Below are positions 26,751 to 39,887 of a stretch of DNA of 64,000 nucleotides, one piece after another. Numbering within the stretch: the first letter of the stretch is position 1; every line of letters begins with the position of its first letter. A model generated the notes under the pieces. The model did not search any database, was not told the DNA's origin, and saw only the letters and a program-made list of their open reading frames with translations. This stretch comes from Nageia nagi. Its lineage: Eukaryota; Plantae; Pinophyta. The translations under genes were made by a program, and so were the position numbers. The stretch is from positions 58,838,001-58,902,000 of the forward strand of contig JBITNC010000001.1 of the NCBI GenBank assembly GCA_050084985.1. Direction: 5' to 3'.

Positions 26751-27559
26751 TCAAAACTTGCAAGGGATTCATAAAAAAAAATTTATAGCCAAGACACTAC
26801 AACCAAAGCACTTCACCTAAACACTCGACACCATCATAAGTCACTTTGAACTATTTCTACCTCTAAGATATCATTTTCAACATTGGATATCTTTATGATA
26901 ATGATCTTATGATAATAAAAAGGTTATTCTAAACCTCTCCCCAGTTGAAGATATGACAACAATCTGTAGATGTGAAGAGCAGGATGGTGGAGATGGGGCT
27001 TATGGAACTTCAAATGTATGAAAAATGATTGGAATGATATTTAAATGATGTATGAATGAGACCTTATGCATGTAATGACTTCATGTATTAGAAGGTAATC
27101 AAAGTGAATATAAAATATAAATATATATATTTTATATCTATTTATCTAATACTTGAAAATATAAATTGATGTGCACCAAGGTTGATGTGATAGTTTATCA
27201 ATAAGAAAAAAATTTGTATGATGTTGAATTTTTTTGCTGATGTGTAATTCCATGTTGGCATTATCAGTTTGGTTGGTGACTCATGTTGATGTGGACGTAT
27301 CTTTTGGTTGCTATTTTGCTTGAAATTTCTTGCAATGAAATAAAATTAGAATGATTTCTCACTGGTTAAGAGTAAGAAATAAGAACATATATGATCTCTT
27401 ATATCATTTTGAAAGAGATGTACAACCACTAGAGATTAGTGAATTGATTGTATCTCATTATTCCTTTTTGTTGAATTATGTAAGTATAATGGGAGTAAGC
27501 TCCACCATGGGGAGATGGGTCTATGTTTGTAGCTTAGCAGTAAACTCATCCTTGGAGAT

Positions 27560-30500
27560 TGGTTTGTTATAGAGTTATAACTCATTTCCATTAGCCATTA
27601 ATGGATATATATGCTCATATATTGTTCTAAGTTTTACTACCCCATTGTTAAATATAGTGTCAAAATCATATTATCCTAGATAGTGGTTCTGTAACTTTCC
27701 TTTGGATTCCATGAATATTGAATCAAATAGTAAGGCCTAGTCACCTAGATGGAATTTCTTTTCCTTAATGAATTTATCATGCTAAGATTTCCTCTAATTT
27801 TGTATAATATTTATGTGTTTAATGTCTATATTTTTGCTTTCATCTAAATCATGGAGTTCATATATCCTTTCTCTTTGTGCTACTGATAAATCAATAACTA
27901 CATCTATAGTAGTCCATTGTGTCTTTATTTAGAATTCAATTGGTACTGCCACTTTTTTTCCATATACAAGATCAAAATATGTGAACCCTCTTATGGTTTT
28001 GCATATTTTTTAGTATACCAAAACCACTTCAAGTAATCTATTTTCCCAATCTTTTCTATGTAGAGCTACTATTTTGGTGAGAATGTTTTCCAATTCCTTA
28101 TTGGTAACCTCTACCTAGCCATTAGCTTGGGGATGGTAAGGTGTTGATTTTTTATATCTGATATTAAATTCCTTAAGCAACTCCTATATCTAATTGGATG
28201 TAAATTATGTTTCCTAATTGATTACCAAATCTCTTGGCACTCCATACCTATTGAATATTTCCTCATATAGGAAGTTTTACAATATTCTCTTGCCTAACAT
28301 GTTTCAATGACCTTACATATACCCACTTTTCACATAATATGTATAGACTAATACATATTCATTTTGATTAGATGATGGATTGATTAAACCTATGAAATAC
28401 ATTCCCCATTTATCAAAGGGTTCAAGTTCTACCTATGGTTGAAGAGCATCTTAGTAGTCTTTGTAGGTTTTCCTCCCCTTTGATGTTGATCATAGTGCTT
28501 AATGTATTCAACTACATCCTTGAATATGGAAGGCCAATAATAACCTACATGTATTACTTAAGTGCTATTCTTTTTTTAGCAAAGTGGCCACCACAAGGCT
28601 CTCATCATGGTAAGCTCATAAATGTCAAATGTTTCATCTTCTTTGATACACCTTTTCAATACATTATCCATCCCTACTTTTAAAAAATAACCTCCAATCC
28701 AACTAAAGGATGAAATTTTCCTAATAAGTTTAGATTTATCTTTTGAAGTGAAATGATTAGGCAGTTTACCAGCTACTACGTAGTTTGCAATATTAGCAAA
28801 CCAAGGTGTTTGTGTAGTTAGAGCAAAGAGGTGTTCATATGGAAAGTAGTCATCCATAAATTCATCTTCTACCTGATGTGAAACCCTTGATAGAAAATCT
28901 ACCACTAAATTATCCTTTCTTGGTTTTTCTACTATCTATACATCAAATTATTGTAGAAGTAGAGCCATCTAATTATCCTACCATTCAAAATGGGTTTATT
29001 CATTAAATAAATAATGGCAAAGTGATCAATGTGCAGAACATAGAGTAACATGTTATGTAGGGTCAAAATTTGTTGATTGAATGAATTACTACCAAGAACT
29101 CCTTTTCTATCATTGTGTAGTTTAGCTCAAAACCCTTCAACTTTTGCTTATATAATATATAGTATGATAATGTTGTATTCCTTTTGTCCTAGCACTACCC
29201 CTATGGTTGTATCTGAAACACCAATATATAGGTGGAATGGGAGCTTCCAATTAGGTCCTTGCAATACTAGTGTGGTGATCAAACTCTCCTTAAATGATTC
29301 AAATACCTTTTGACATGTAGGTGTCCAATTGAACTCATTTTCTTTGGTTAAATGATCAAATAATGGTGCTACTATCTTGCAAAGTCCTTCACAAACCTCC
29401 TATAATAACCTACATGGCCAAGGAAACTCCTCACCTCTTTTACCATCTCAAGAGGTGGTAGTTGTTGTATTAATTCAATTTTCTTTGTGTCAACCTTTAG
29501 TCCTTAGGATGAAACATGATGGCCATTCCTTCTATTATCATTAAATGGTATTTCTCATTACTTAATGAGAGATTGGTATGCTTGCATCTCTTTAGTACCT
29601 TTTATAAAGTTTTCAAAGCTTCATCAAATGTCTCACAAAATTAGTTAATTCATCCATGTAGACTTAAAAAAAATCTAATAAATCATAGAATATACTCAAA
29701 ATAGCTCTATGAAATGTTATAGGTGCTTTGCATAGGCCAAAGGGTAGAACTCTATATGCCTAGGTGCCCCATGGGCATGCAAAGGTGGTCTTTTCCTGGT
29801 TTGATTTAGCAACTTGGATCTAATTATATCCATTAAAACCATCTAGTAAGGAAAAATACTTCTTACTTAAGAGGTTTTTTCAAACTTGGTCAATGTATGG
29901 CAAACAGAAATGATCTTTCCTGGTTGCTTGAGTTCAATTCCTTGTAATCAATGCATATTATCCACTTTCCATTCTTCTTGGGCACTACTACCAATGGATA
30001 TACCCATTCATTTTTAGATATATGATATATGAAACCAACCTCCAAAACTTTCTATATTTCTTCCTTTACTATCTCTATCATGGTTGGGTTTAGCTTTCTA
30101 GCTAGTTGCTATACTAGTTTAGCACTATCTTGCATTTAGATGTGATGAGTGCACACCTGAGGACTAATGTCATGCATATCATGATAATTCCATGTAAAGG
30201 AATTATTTTTCTTAATCAATATGTCAAGAAACTACTTTCCCTCTTCTATTGATAATTTATTATTAATATTCAGTTTCTTCCTTAGCAAAAACTCCACAAT
30301 CTTTTCAAGAAGTTGAGCTTCCTTTAATTCTAACAAGGCTCATCATCTCTTTCTTAGAATATAGGGATGAATGAATGGCATAAATTTCCAAATGGAGATA
30401 AGTAATATAATTATATGCCATTCTAACACATTATCTTCATCATTCTCTTATATGAAAGGCCTTTGATCTAAATTGAGTACTGGAAGAATTGAGTTGTCAT

Positions 30501-31230
30501 TGTTTGTCTGATCAACCCATAAGGTATTTTTTGCACTTATCAATTTTATTAAGAGTATATGATTAAATGTTTTGTATATTATTTATTTGAAATTGATATT
30601 TTTATTATCTTGCACTCAATATATGCATCTACTATAGCTAACCAAGGTATTCCAAGTATCATTGGATATCTTGCCATGTTTGATTTGATCTTGATAACCA
30701 TGAAGTCCACTAGATAGTAGAATGAATCTACTACTATAAGTAAATCCTATACTACACCATATGGTACAATGGTAGACCTATCTACTAGTTGGAGAACTGT
30801 ACTAGTAGGTCTAAATTTAGTACATCCAATTTTTTTCATGGTCTCATAAGTCATTAAATTAATAACAACTCCTAGATCCACTAGTATATTTGATATACAA
30901 TTATTTCTATTGTGACAGTAACTAGGGGACTTCCAAGATCACCATACTTAGGGACTATTATATTTCCTAACATGAGTTTTGCTAACTTTCCTACTACATG
31001 TATGGTCTTAGGATCTTGTTTCTTTCTCCTTGGCTTTCTGGTGGATACATTTTTACTGCTTTTTGCATAAATGAGAACATATTTTAAATCTTGTAGTAAA
31101 GGTATTTTAACACAAATATTTTTTAATTCATCCATTATGTCAAATTTTGGCTCAAGCAGTCATTTTTAATACTTTTGCTACCTCTAGAAGTTTAAGAAAA
31201 GGTGGATTAGTACCTTGTTGTTGCATCTCC
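27560..31230 (-). pseudogene. pol: pol of element C (PR-RT-RH-INT), decayed
   Basis: LVDLGVVINLM (PR); LDGFNGYN*I, LPFGLCKAPITF (RT); EVRSFLGHVGYYRR; TPWFANIANY, TPYHPQANG (INT). Confidence 0.88.
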
Positions 31231-31233
31231 TAA

Positions 31234-31709
31234 TGAAGGAACTAACACTAACAAGATAATTTAATAAAAAAAGATCACATGAAAGCTCTCATTCACATCT
31301 AACAAACTCACAAATAAGACAATCTCACAAAGTAACTCAAGATGTAAAGTGGTTCCTCCATCTAAGTGTACATCCGCTAACTAGATCTTTACTTTAATCA
31401 CAAATACAACTCTCTTTCCAATTAAGCATTTTTCCTTCAAACTTCACTTAATTGGTGTATGATCACAAAGAGGGAGCCTTCTATTTATAGGCCAAAATCC
31501 CTCTTTGGATCACCCTTTTATCCAATGCACAAAATCATGACATGCACATCCTTTTACCCAAGGGGAATGCTAATGACATGGAGTGTAGGACAAATTTATT
31601 ATCATATTCACTAAAATACTTAAGGTATCAAATGATATCCTTAAGTATTAGTCAATTTACATAGAATATTTAATACAATCTTTACAATAATGCATTATAC
31701 ATTCCAACA
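31234..31709 (-). repeat. 3' LTR of Copia D1
   Basis: TGAAG...CAACA, with PPT (minus TTAAGGGGAAG) at 31710-31720. Confidence 0.92.
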
Positions 31710-32174
31710 CTTCCCCTTAATGCAATATTGGGATAGAGCGAGTAAGAGAGAAGAAGAAAGAAAGTAAGAGAGTTCTCATCCAAATAGATACAATGGAGAT
31801 GAGAACTTTTTACATATTTGTGAAGCAAAGAAGATCTAGTTTGAGATTCACTACGTTTCCAAATACAATCATTAACCATAACTAGTTTCAATGTACATGA
31901 AGTAGTCATCCAACTGGAAGTCATGAAGAGTCTCCAAGAGCTTGCATACTTGAGATAAGTAACCTACAATCTCAAAGGAACCTGCAAGTCATAAGTAGCT
32001 CAAATAACAAGATCAATTAGATGCATCAAATTTATATCAACAAGGATAGATGAATCACACAAATGCCATCATGAACTAATCAATGGTGCACTATAAGTCA
32101 TCATGAAGATGCCATGCCAAAAACTTATAGTCACTTGCTATATATAAAACATGTGTTGATTATCATTACAAAAT

Positions 32175-32490
32175 AGAGCATGCACATATGAGTTTCTCAA
32201 ATATGGATAACTTAATAGTGCCAAAGGACACATAAGAGTTCCTCACATATGGATAACTGAATAGTGCTAGATTGATCAAAAAATAAAGTATGCACATACG
32301 AGTTCCTCACATATGGATAACTAAACAATGCTAAAAGACATATAAGAGTTCCTCACATATGGATAACTAAACAATGCTAGATTACCAAAAAATAGAGTAT
32401 GCACATACAAGTTCTTCACATATGGATAATTGAATAGTTCCAAAAGACACATAATAATTCCTCACACATGGATAAATAAAAAGTGCAAAA
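32175..32490. repeat. Tandem array in the 3' UTR of Copia D1
   Basis: About six copies of GAGTTCCTCACATATGGATAACT with alternating short and long spacers. Confidence 0.85.
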
Positions 32491-32644
32491 TTGCCAATTT
32501 GTACAAGTTTCTCATGTAGAGCAAACTTACCATGAAGGTGTACAATAAAATCAACACTATATAGCACAAAATCCTCCTGGGGTGAAGTTGTCATCATAAA
32601 TATGAATTCAACATAAGAATTCAAACTTCACTCCCCCTTGAGGG

Positions 32645-35600
32645 TAATTGCACCAACCCTATAGCATCCCTTAGCTTACAAATTGAGCTTCTAAGAGGGG
32701 CTTGGTGAATAAATTAGTAGAGTTCAAGGTGGATGGACAATACTCCAGGTATATGATGCCATCAAGAACTTTCTCCTTGATAAAATGGGCATGGATTTTC
32801 ACATATTTTATTCTCTAATAGAACACTAAATTCTTAGCCAAAGAAATAGCTGACTAATTCTTTGAAGAGATCAAAGATGAGCCAGCTTGCTCATACCTAA
32901 TTTCTTTCAAAATATGCCTTAGTGAAATGGCTTCCTGGGCTACAACAGACATGGTATCATATTTAGCTTCTATGGTGGAAAGAGAAATAGTAATTTATTC
33001 TTATAAGCCCAAGAGATAGCATCTAAACCAATGCTAAACACATACATAGAGGTTGACTTCCTATCATCTCTATCTCCCCCATAGTCAGAATTTGAGAATC
33101 TAGAGAGAACAAATGAGGGCAACTTGAAATACTTGAGAGTAAGATCCTTAGTCCCTATAACATACCTCAAAATTTACTTAACAACATTGAGGTGCTCAAC
33201 ATAAAGTTTTTACATGAATTATGCCATTAAATTCACTATAAAGGTAATATCTGGCCTAGATATAGTCAAATACAAAAGACTACCAATTAATTGCTTATAA
33301 GCTATAGCATCAGCTAACTAAGAGTTGGAGCTTACAAAAATAATGATTCTAGGAGAGATTGGGATTGCAACATATTTACACTCCTTCATTCCAAACTTCT
33401 AGAAGATGTCTGATATATACATAGATTGACTGAGGTAAGTACAATCCTTGTATTGATACACTTGCATTCAATCAATCATTTCAAATATTGCCTTAAGTTT
33501 GGATATGCACTCTTGAATGATTTCATTATTGTTTCCAATAATTAAAATATCATCCACATAAAGGAGAATCAATACCATGTCTTTTACTTAATTGAGCACA
33601 TATAGATCGAAGTTAAAAAAACACTTGGAGAATCCAATGTTTATAAAGTACCCTAAAATCTTTTTATACCAAGCTCAAGGTGCTTGCTTAAGTCCATACA
33701 AAGACTTCTTTAGATTGCACACAAAAGACTCTTTAACTTCCATAATAAACCTTTTGGTTGATTCAGGAAGATTTCCACATCAAGTCACCATTGAGAAATG
33801 CACTTTTGATATCAAGTTGAAAAACTTTCCATCCTTGAGCTGCAAAAAGAGTAAGAATAACTCTCACAATAGGCATATTTTCCATGGGAGAAAAGTTTTC
33901 TTCATAATCTACATCATATTTCTAAGCAAAACCTTTAGCTACTAATCTTACCTTTATTTCTCAATATCTCCAATTAAATTGAACTTGATCTTGTAGATCC
34001 ACTTATTACCAATCACATTCTTATCATTGGGATAAAGAACCAAGTCCCAAGTTTTATTTTTCATAAGCACCTCATACTCCACTTTCATAGCTTCCATCTA
34101 GCACTTGTGCTTAGAAACTTCTTTGAAAGTTGAGGGCTCATGGTTTTATCAATCTTGGTAATTAAGGATTTGTTCAAGGTCATGCTCCTTGTTACCCTTT
34201 GTGTTAGAGAATTTTATTCCTATGGTGACTTATCTATATCAATATCCAACTAGCTAGGAGCAACTAAAGAGTCCTTTGGATCATCAACATCCTCATTAGA
34301 AGTAGGTTCTTAAAAATTTCATTGAACTTTACATCCCTTGAAATAAATACTACTTTATAGGTTGAAGAGTAGATCCTGTAGCCTCTATGCTAATTGTCAT
34401 AACCCACAAAGATGCATTTTTTAGCTTTTTTGTTCAACTTCTTTTTCTTAAAAATAATGTAGGAAATGCTTCATAACCAAACACCCTAAAGTGAGAAATG
34501 TTAGGTTTCTTTCTGACCATGCCTCAAAAGGAGTTTTTCTCTAAATAGATTTTATGGGACACCTATTCAAGGTGTAAATAGTAGTGCTCACAGCTTCACT
34601 CACAAGAATTTAGAAAGATTACCCAACATGCATCTATCCATCTCTAATATTATTTTATTTTTCTTTTTGACAACACCATTCTGCTAAGGAGTGTATGGAA
34701 TTGTAAACTACCTCTTGATTCCATACTTAGCACAATAGTTATTGAACTCATTACTTTATATTCTTCCCTATTATCTGATCTCAACATCTTGATTTTAAGA
34801 TTAGTTTTATTCTTAACAAAGGCCTTGAAAACCTTAAAACTCTTAAAATGTTTGATCCTTGTGCTCAAGTAGATACCCAAAGGTCATCCTACTAAAGTCA
34901 TCAATGAAGGTCAAGGTGTAAGATGCTCCTCTAAGCAACTTAGTTTGAAATAGATCCATCAAATTTGAATGCATAAGTTGAAGAGGTTGAGATGCTCTTG
35001 TTGCTTTACCTTTTTCAAATTTTTATCTATGCATCTTGCCAAGAATGCACTTCTCGTATAGGCCAACCAAAGGAGAAATTGAAGGCAAACCTTCCACAAA
35101 TTTTTGGTCTTTCATGACTTGAATACTCTTGTGATTAAGGTGCCCTAAATGATGATGCCGAGATTATCTTTAGAACACACATTAGAAGCAAGATATATCT
35201 TGATGGTACTTAATCCACAATGTAGAGGTTATCTTTCACTGATCCTTTAACCAAAGTGGCAAGTCCTTTCTTAATGCATCAAGATTATGAGTTGAACTCA
35301 AAAGAGTACCCATTTCTAGCAACTTGGATCACAAAGAAAAGGTTCATCCTTAACTTAGGAACATAGAGAACATTTTTAAGAACTTTCCATGAATTAGCAC
35401 ACTCCTAATTCCTTGGAATTCAAGGGTAGAGTTATCACCTATAAAAACCACATCCTTATTATACTTGTGAAAGTTCTTAAATTTTTCCTTTTCAAAGAAT
35501 AGGTGATTAGTGCAACCAAAGTCAACAATCATTTAGCTAAAAAAGAGCGAGACATGGAGTAGAGCATTGCAACAAAACTAGCATGAGTATTTTTCTTTCT

Positions 35601-36546
35601 TTTGTAGCTCTTTACATTTCCATTACCTTTGTGCTTTTCTTCTCTTTTTTTTTTTTGTAACAATCAACTTCTTTGTGACCTTGAATGCCACAATAGTTAC
35701 AATTTCCATCAAACTTTTCCTTAGGATAATGAGTGTTTGCTTTACCTTTTCCATCTCTTTGCTTGAAGTGAATGTTGTTGCCATTGTTTCTACTACTATG
35801 GTTGTTGCTTTTATTGTTCTTATTGCTATTGTAGCCACTACCTCTTTTCTCAAACCTTTTCAAGGAAGAAGGATAAAATTTCTTTTGATGGTTGAACTTT
35901 TTCATGAAAGGATTTTTGGTCACTCCAAGAGCAACATTTTTATCCTTAGAAGAAGAAATCAACCCTTTATTGTTAAGGGTTTCCTCATGCTTCAATAGGT
36001 GCCTTGAAAGGTTATCAAGAGAGATGACTTCTTCATCATCATCAAGCCTTGTTTCTATAACTGTTACAAAGTTTCTAAATTTTTAAGAGAGGCTTTGAAG
36101 AATGATAAATACCATGAACTTATCATTGATCCAATTGCACCCACAAGCAATAAGTTGGGTTCTTAAGTTAATGATTTTATTCAATTAGATAGCCACATTT
36201 TCATCTTCCATTTACCAAGATTGAAGCAACTTTTGTAGAATGGTAAACCTTCTTGAAAATTTTGAACCAAGGTAATTTGCTTTAGCTTATCCTATGCTTC
36301 CTTTGCTAAGGTTGAAGAGGATATCATTAGTAGCACATCATCTAAAATTGCACGATAAATCATAGAGGTTGCCAACTCATTTTTTATGTTGTAAGCCTCT
36401 AGTTTCTTCTCATCTGTAGGAGGTACAAGGTTCTCATTCATTGTTTACCATAGCTTCCTTGCTTATAATTTGGCTCTTATCCTAGGTTCCCAAATCCCAT
36501 AGTTGGAACCATTAGGAATATGTTTGGATAAAAAGGATTCTCCTAT
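32645..36546 (-). pseudogene. pol: Copia gag-pol of D1 (decayed)
   Basis: CNYCGIQGHKEVDC; IVDFGCTNH; HHHLGHLN; IKMLRSDN; KSLYGLKQAP*AWY; LLYVDD; SDYGGDRDDRKSTS. Confidence 0.9.
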
Positions 36547-39365
36547 TTGTTACACAAAATGTGAAATAATAAGCATGCACTTTCAATAATCAACATTAAA
36601 TGTTAAGTTTTAACCAAGTAAATAATACATGTTATATTTAACACTAAATACATTCTTGATTTGATTCACAAGTGCAAATGTACAATTCAAATAATACCCA
36701 TGTACCCAAATACATTTCTCATCTCAAGAACTGTAGATGTAGAATGACATTATTGAGGCTTATTTTTTTTATCTAAAACTAGGCATTCACTTGGATGCCC
36801 ATACAAGAGAAGCCCAGGTCCTACCAATCCTCAACCAATTCCCCTTGGGCAACAATATACCCTCACAATAAGTAATAGCTATTTTTCAAGGTTATGACAT
36901 TTATTGGATTAACCAAATTATTAATCTTGATTAGGTTTCAAGTTGTCCTCCTAGCTTATCAAGATAATCCCTGAATGTACGTGTGGATATGTGGTATCAC
37001 TACACAAATACCTATCCACCTATTGGAGTTAAATCTAGATCAATAGAGGAATTAGGAGCAATTAAGAAGTATAGACTTTTAACCACTTGGATTGTTGAAC
37101 TTAAAAGCTCTAGTTTGCTTGTCCTCACCTCATGGCTCCCCAAACAAGTCATGTTATAGAATGTATGTGCAAATGTGTTCATTTTAGGGGTTTCTCATAT
37201 CAATATTTGCATTTTTATTGCATAAGCAAACAAATCAAAGTGCGAAATATGAAGTAAAAGAGCATAAGAAAAAACATCGTCCATGCAAAACAAATTTAAA
37301 ACTTAAGTGTCCAATGGGTTTTGTTTACCAACCCCTAAAGGACATCTTTATATCAATCCTTATTTTGCACAAGTTAACTTTGCAAAAAAAAAAAAAAATA
37401 CTTGAGCATAAGCATGTATTAATTCCAAAATTTGCATAAGTTAACTTTATGAATTAGGTCTTAAGCATGCAACATTCTATTGAAAAATAAGTAATAGGCA
37501 TGCATTATTTAATTTAAGAAGCATTCATCATTCCATAATTGCACAAGTTAATTCATTAACTTTGCATAAAAGAAAAAAAATGCATAAGTCTATTCATAAC
37601 ATTGCATCAAAGATCTAAAAATTTTTTAAGTAAAGATATATAAAAATCTCCCATCTTTTACTTAAAAATAGAAATTAGATAAAAAAACATCACTACTAAT
37701 TTACCTTAGAAAATTATTTTAAGAATGACCATTTTACTTAAGTAGTGATGAAGATACTTAAAGAATTGTCATTTTCCTTTTTTTTAAAAAAAAATCTTTT
37801 TTTTTTTTTAACTTAAAGTAAAAACATTTAGTATGCAAACTAGATAAAAAATTTAAGTAGGAGAAATTTATATAAATTCCCCCTTTTTACTTAAAGGTTT
37901 ATCCCTAAACATAGCATACTAAATAATTTATCCTTAAAAATATTTTAATAAGTGCATTTAATAGTAATGATGAATGTTGGACCAAGTCAAAAAGTAATGT
38001 AAGTATACTCATCATGAAAAAATACTTTAAGTGACTTGTAGGCATCTAAATGCATTTAATGAAGGAATGTCTTGTAAGCAAAAATTAAATGCCTACTAAG
38101 AAAAAGTATACATTACTTCTAAATGGCTTTGCAAAAAAGTAATAAAAAAAAAAAAAAATTGAATGCACCAACCCCAACAATGTAAGAAACCCCAAAAATC
38201 TTTAGAGAATGAAAAAATAAATGATCCAATTAGAAGGGCCATAGATTTTTAATAGGAGAGACTAAGTCAAGGAAAAAATGTGCAGCTAAGAATAGGAGAA
38301 TAGGTAGTTGCAAGCAATGGGAATAGGATAATAGGCATCCATGAGCAACGAGAATAGAGCTTAGAATTTAGATCAACTATGCAAAGAAGAGGTTGCAGGT
38401 TTGACCAAGAGATGGCAGAGTCAAGGGGCTACGATTGCTAAGAAAGGGGCTAGGGTTTGAGGGTCGCTAGTGGGAGACACTGGTGAAGTAGAGTGGAGGA
38501 GCTAGCAAGGGGTATGTAATAGCCAATCAAGTCTAACCCCTTTCTATATGTAGATTATTGAAAGATTTGAGTAGGAGGAGCTAGGGGAGGTCGAGGCACC
38601 AATGGAGGATAACAACTAGGTGGAAAAAAAAATAACACACCACCAGCATAGTGGCAAGGGCAAAGTTTGAGAGATGAATAATAACAAAAAAATGGTGAGG
38701 GAAAGTGGTAAGACAACAAAGGATGAAGCAGAGGGAGCCAATTAACATTGAAATATGCTAATAACCAAGAAGTCCAACATGCTGGCCATTAATAGATTCC
38801 ACACATCATCCACCAAAACCAAATAAATTCTTCTCTTATGTAAAATAAATACACTTTGTATGTTCTTAAAGAAGTAAAAAATAAAAGAAATGCCTTTTTA
38901 TTTAATAATAGTTATACAAATAAGAGTGAAATTCAATGCAAGTGCAATTTTTTTAAGGAAATTTGCATATAAGCAATATATTAGTAATTTCCTTCTTTCC
39001 TCCTTTTGAATATATTAAAAAAAATTGCAATATAATTTTTAACATAAATCCTTTTTTTTTTTAAAATCAAAATAAGCAATATATATTAAACAACTTTTTG
39101 TAGAAAAAATTGCAACAAAAAAGTTAGCATAAACAAAAGATTACATGCTCATATATTGCTATTTTTGGAGTAAAAAAAGATGAACTAACACATTATAAAA
39201 AATATGTTAGTATAAAAAAAATCCCAAAAAAAAAAAGTAAAGGAAAGAGGGTTATACCTTCTCTTGGATTTACCTCACAAGAAAAGTAAACCTCAAAAGA
39301 TGATGGAGAAGAAGGATGAAAGATGAAGGACCTCCAAGATGTTGAATAAGAGCCTCCACACCAAT

Positions 39366-39377
39366 GCTCTAATACCA
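39366..39377 (-). promoter_or_regulatory. Primer-binding site (tRNA-iMet) of D1
   Basis: Minus strand TGGTATTAGAGC, against the canonical TGGTATCAGAGC. Confidence 0.88.
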
Positions 39378-39380
39378 ATT

Positions 39381-39882
39381 TGCAGGAAATAACACTAATA
39401 AGATAATTCCTAATCAACCAAATCACATGAATGCTCTCATTCACATATACAAAACTCACAAATAAGAAAATATCACAAAGTAACTCAAGATGTAAAGTGG
39501 TTCCTCCAACTAGGAGTACATCCACTAACTAGATCTTTACTTCAATCATAAATACAACTCTCTTACAATCCTACTAATATTAACTCCTACACTTCTATCC
39601 TATAGCATAAATTCACTCCATAATTGGTGTATGATGACAAAGAGGGAGCCTTCTATTTATAGGCCAAAATCCCTCTTTGGATCACCCTTTTATCCACTGT
39701 ACAAAAGCATGTCATGCACATCCTTTTACCCAAGGGGCATGCTCATGACATGGAGTGTAGGACAAGTTATATTATCATATTCACATAAATACTTAAGGTA
39801 TCAAATGATACCTTTAAGTATTAGTGAATTTACATAGAAGATTTAATACAACCTTTACAATAATGCATTATACATTCCAACA
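39381..39882 (-). repeat. 5' LTR of Copia D1
   Basis: TGCAG...CAACA; contains the TATA box CCTATAAATAG on the minus strand. Confidence 0.92.
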
Positions 39883-39887
39883 CCTAA

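Larger units (their letters stand above)
31234..39882 (-). mobile_element. Element D1: Ty1/copia retrotransposon, full length but decayed
   Basis: LTRs 31234-31709 and 39381-39882, both TG...CA. Perfect TSD CCTAA (31229-31233 and 39883-39887). tRNA-iMet PBS and PPT present; domain order gag-PR-INT-RT-RH. Confidence 0.93.

Noticed and set aside
32175-32490. Repeat-spacer pattern as a CRISPR-like array
   Set aside because: The spacers are themselves two alternating repeated sequences, the array lies inside a Copia 3' UTR, and there are no cas genes.
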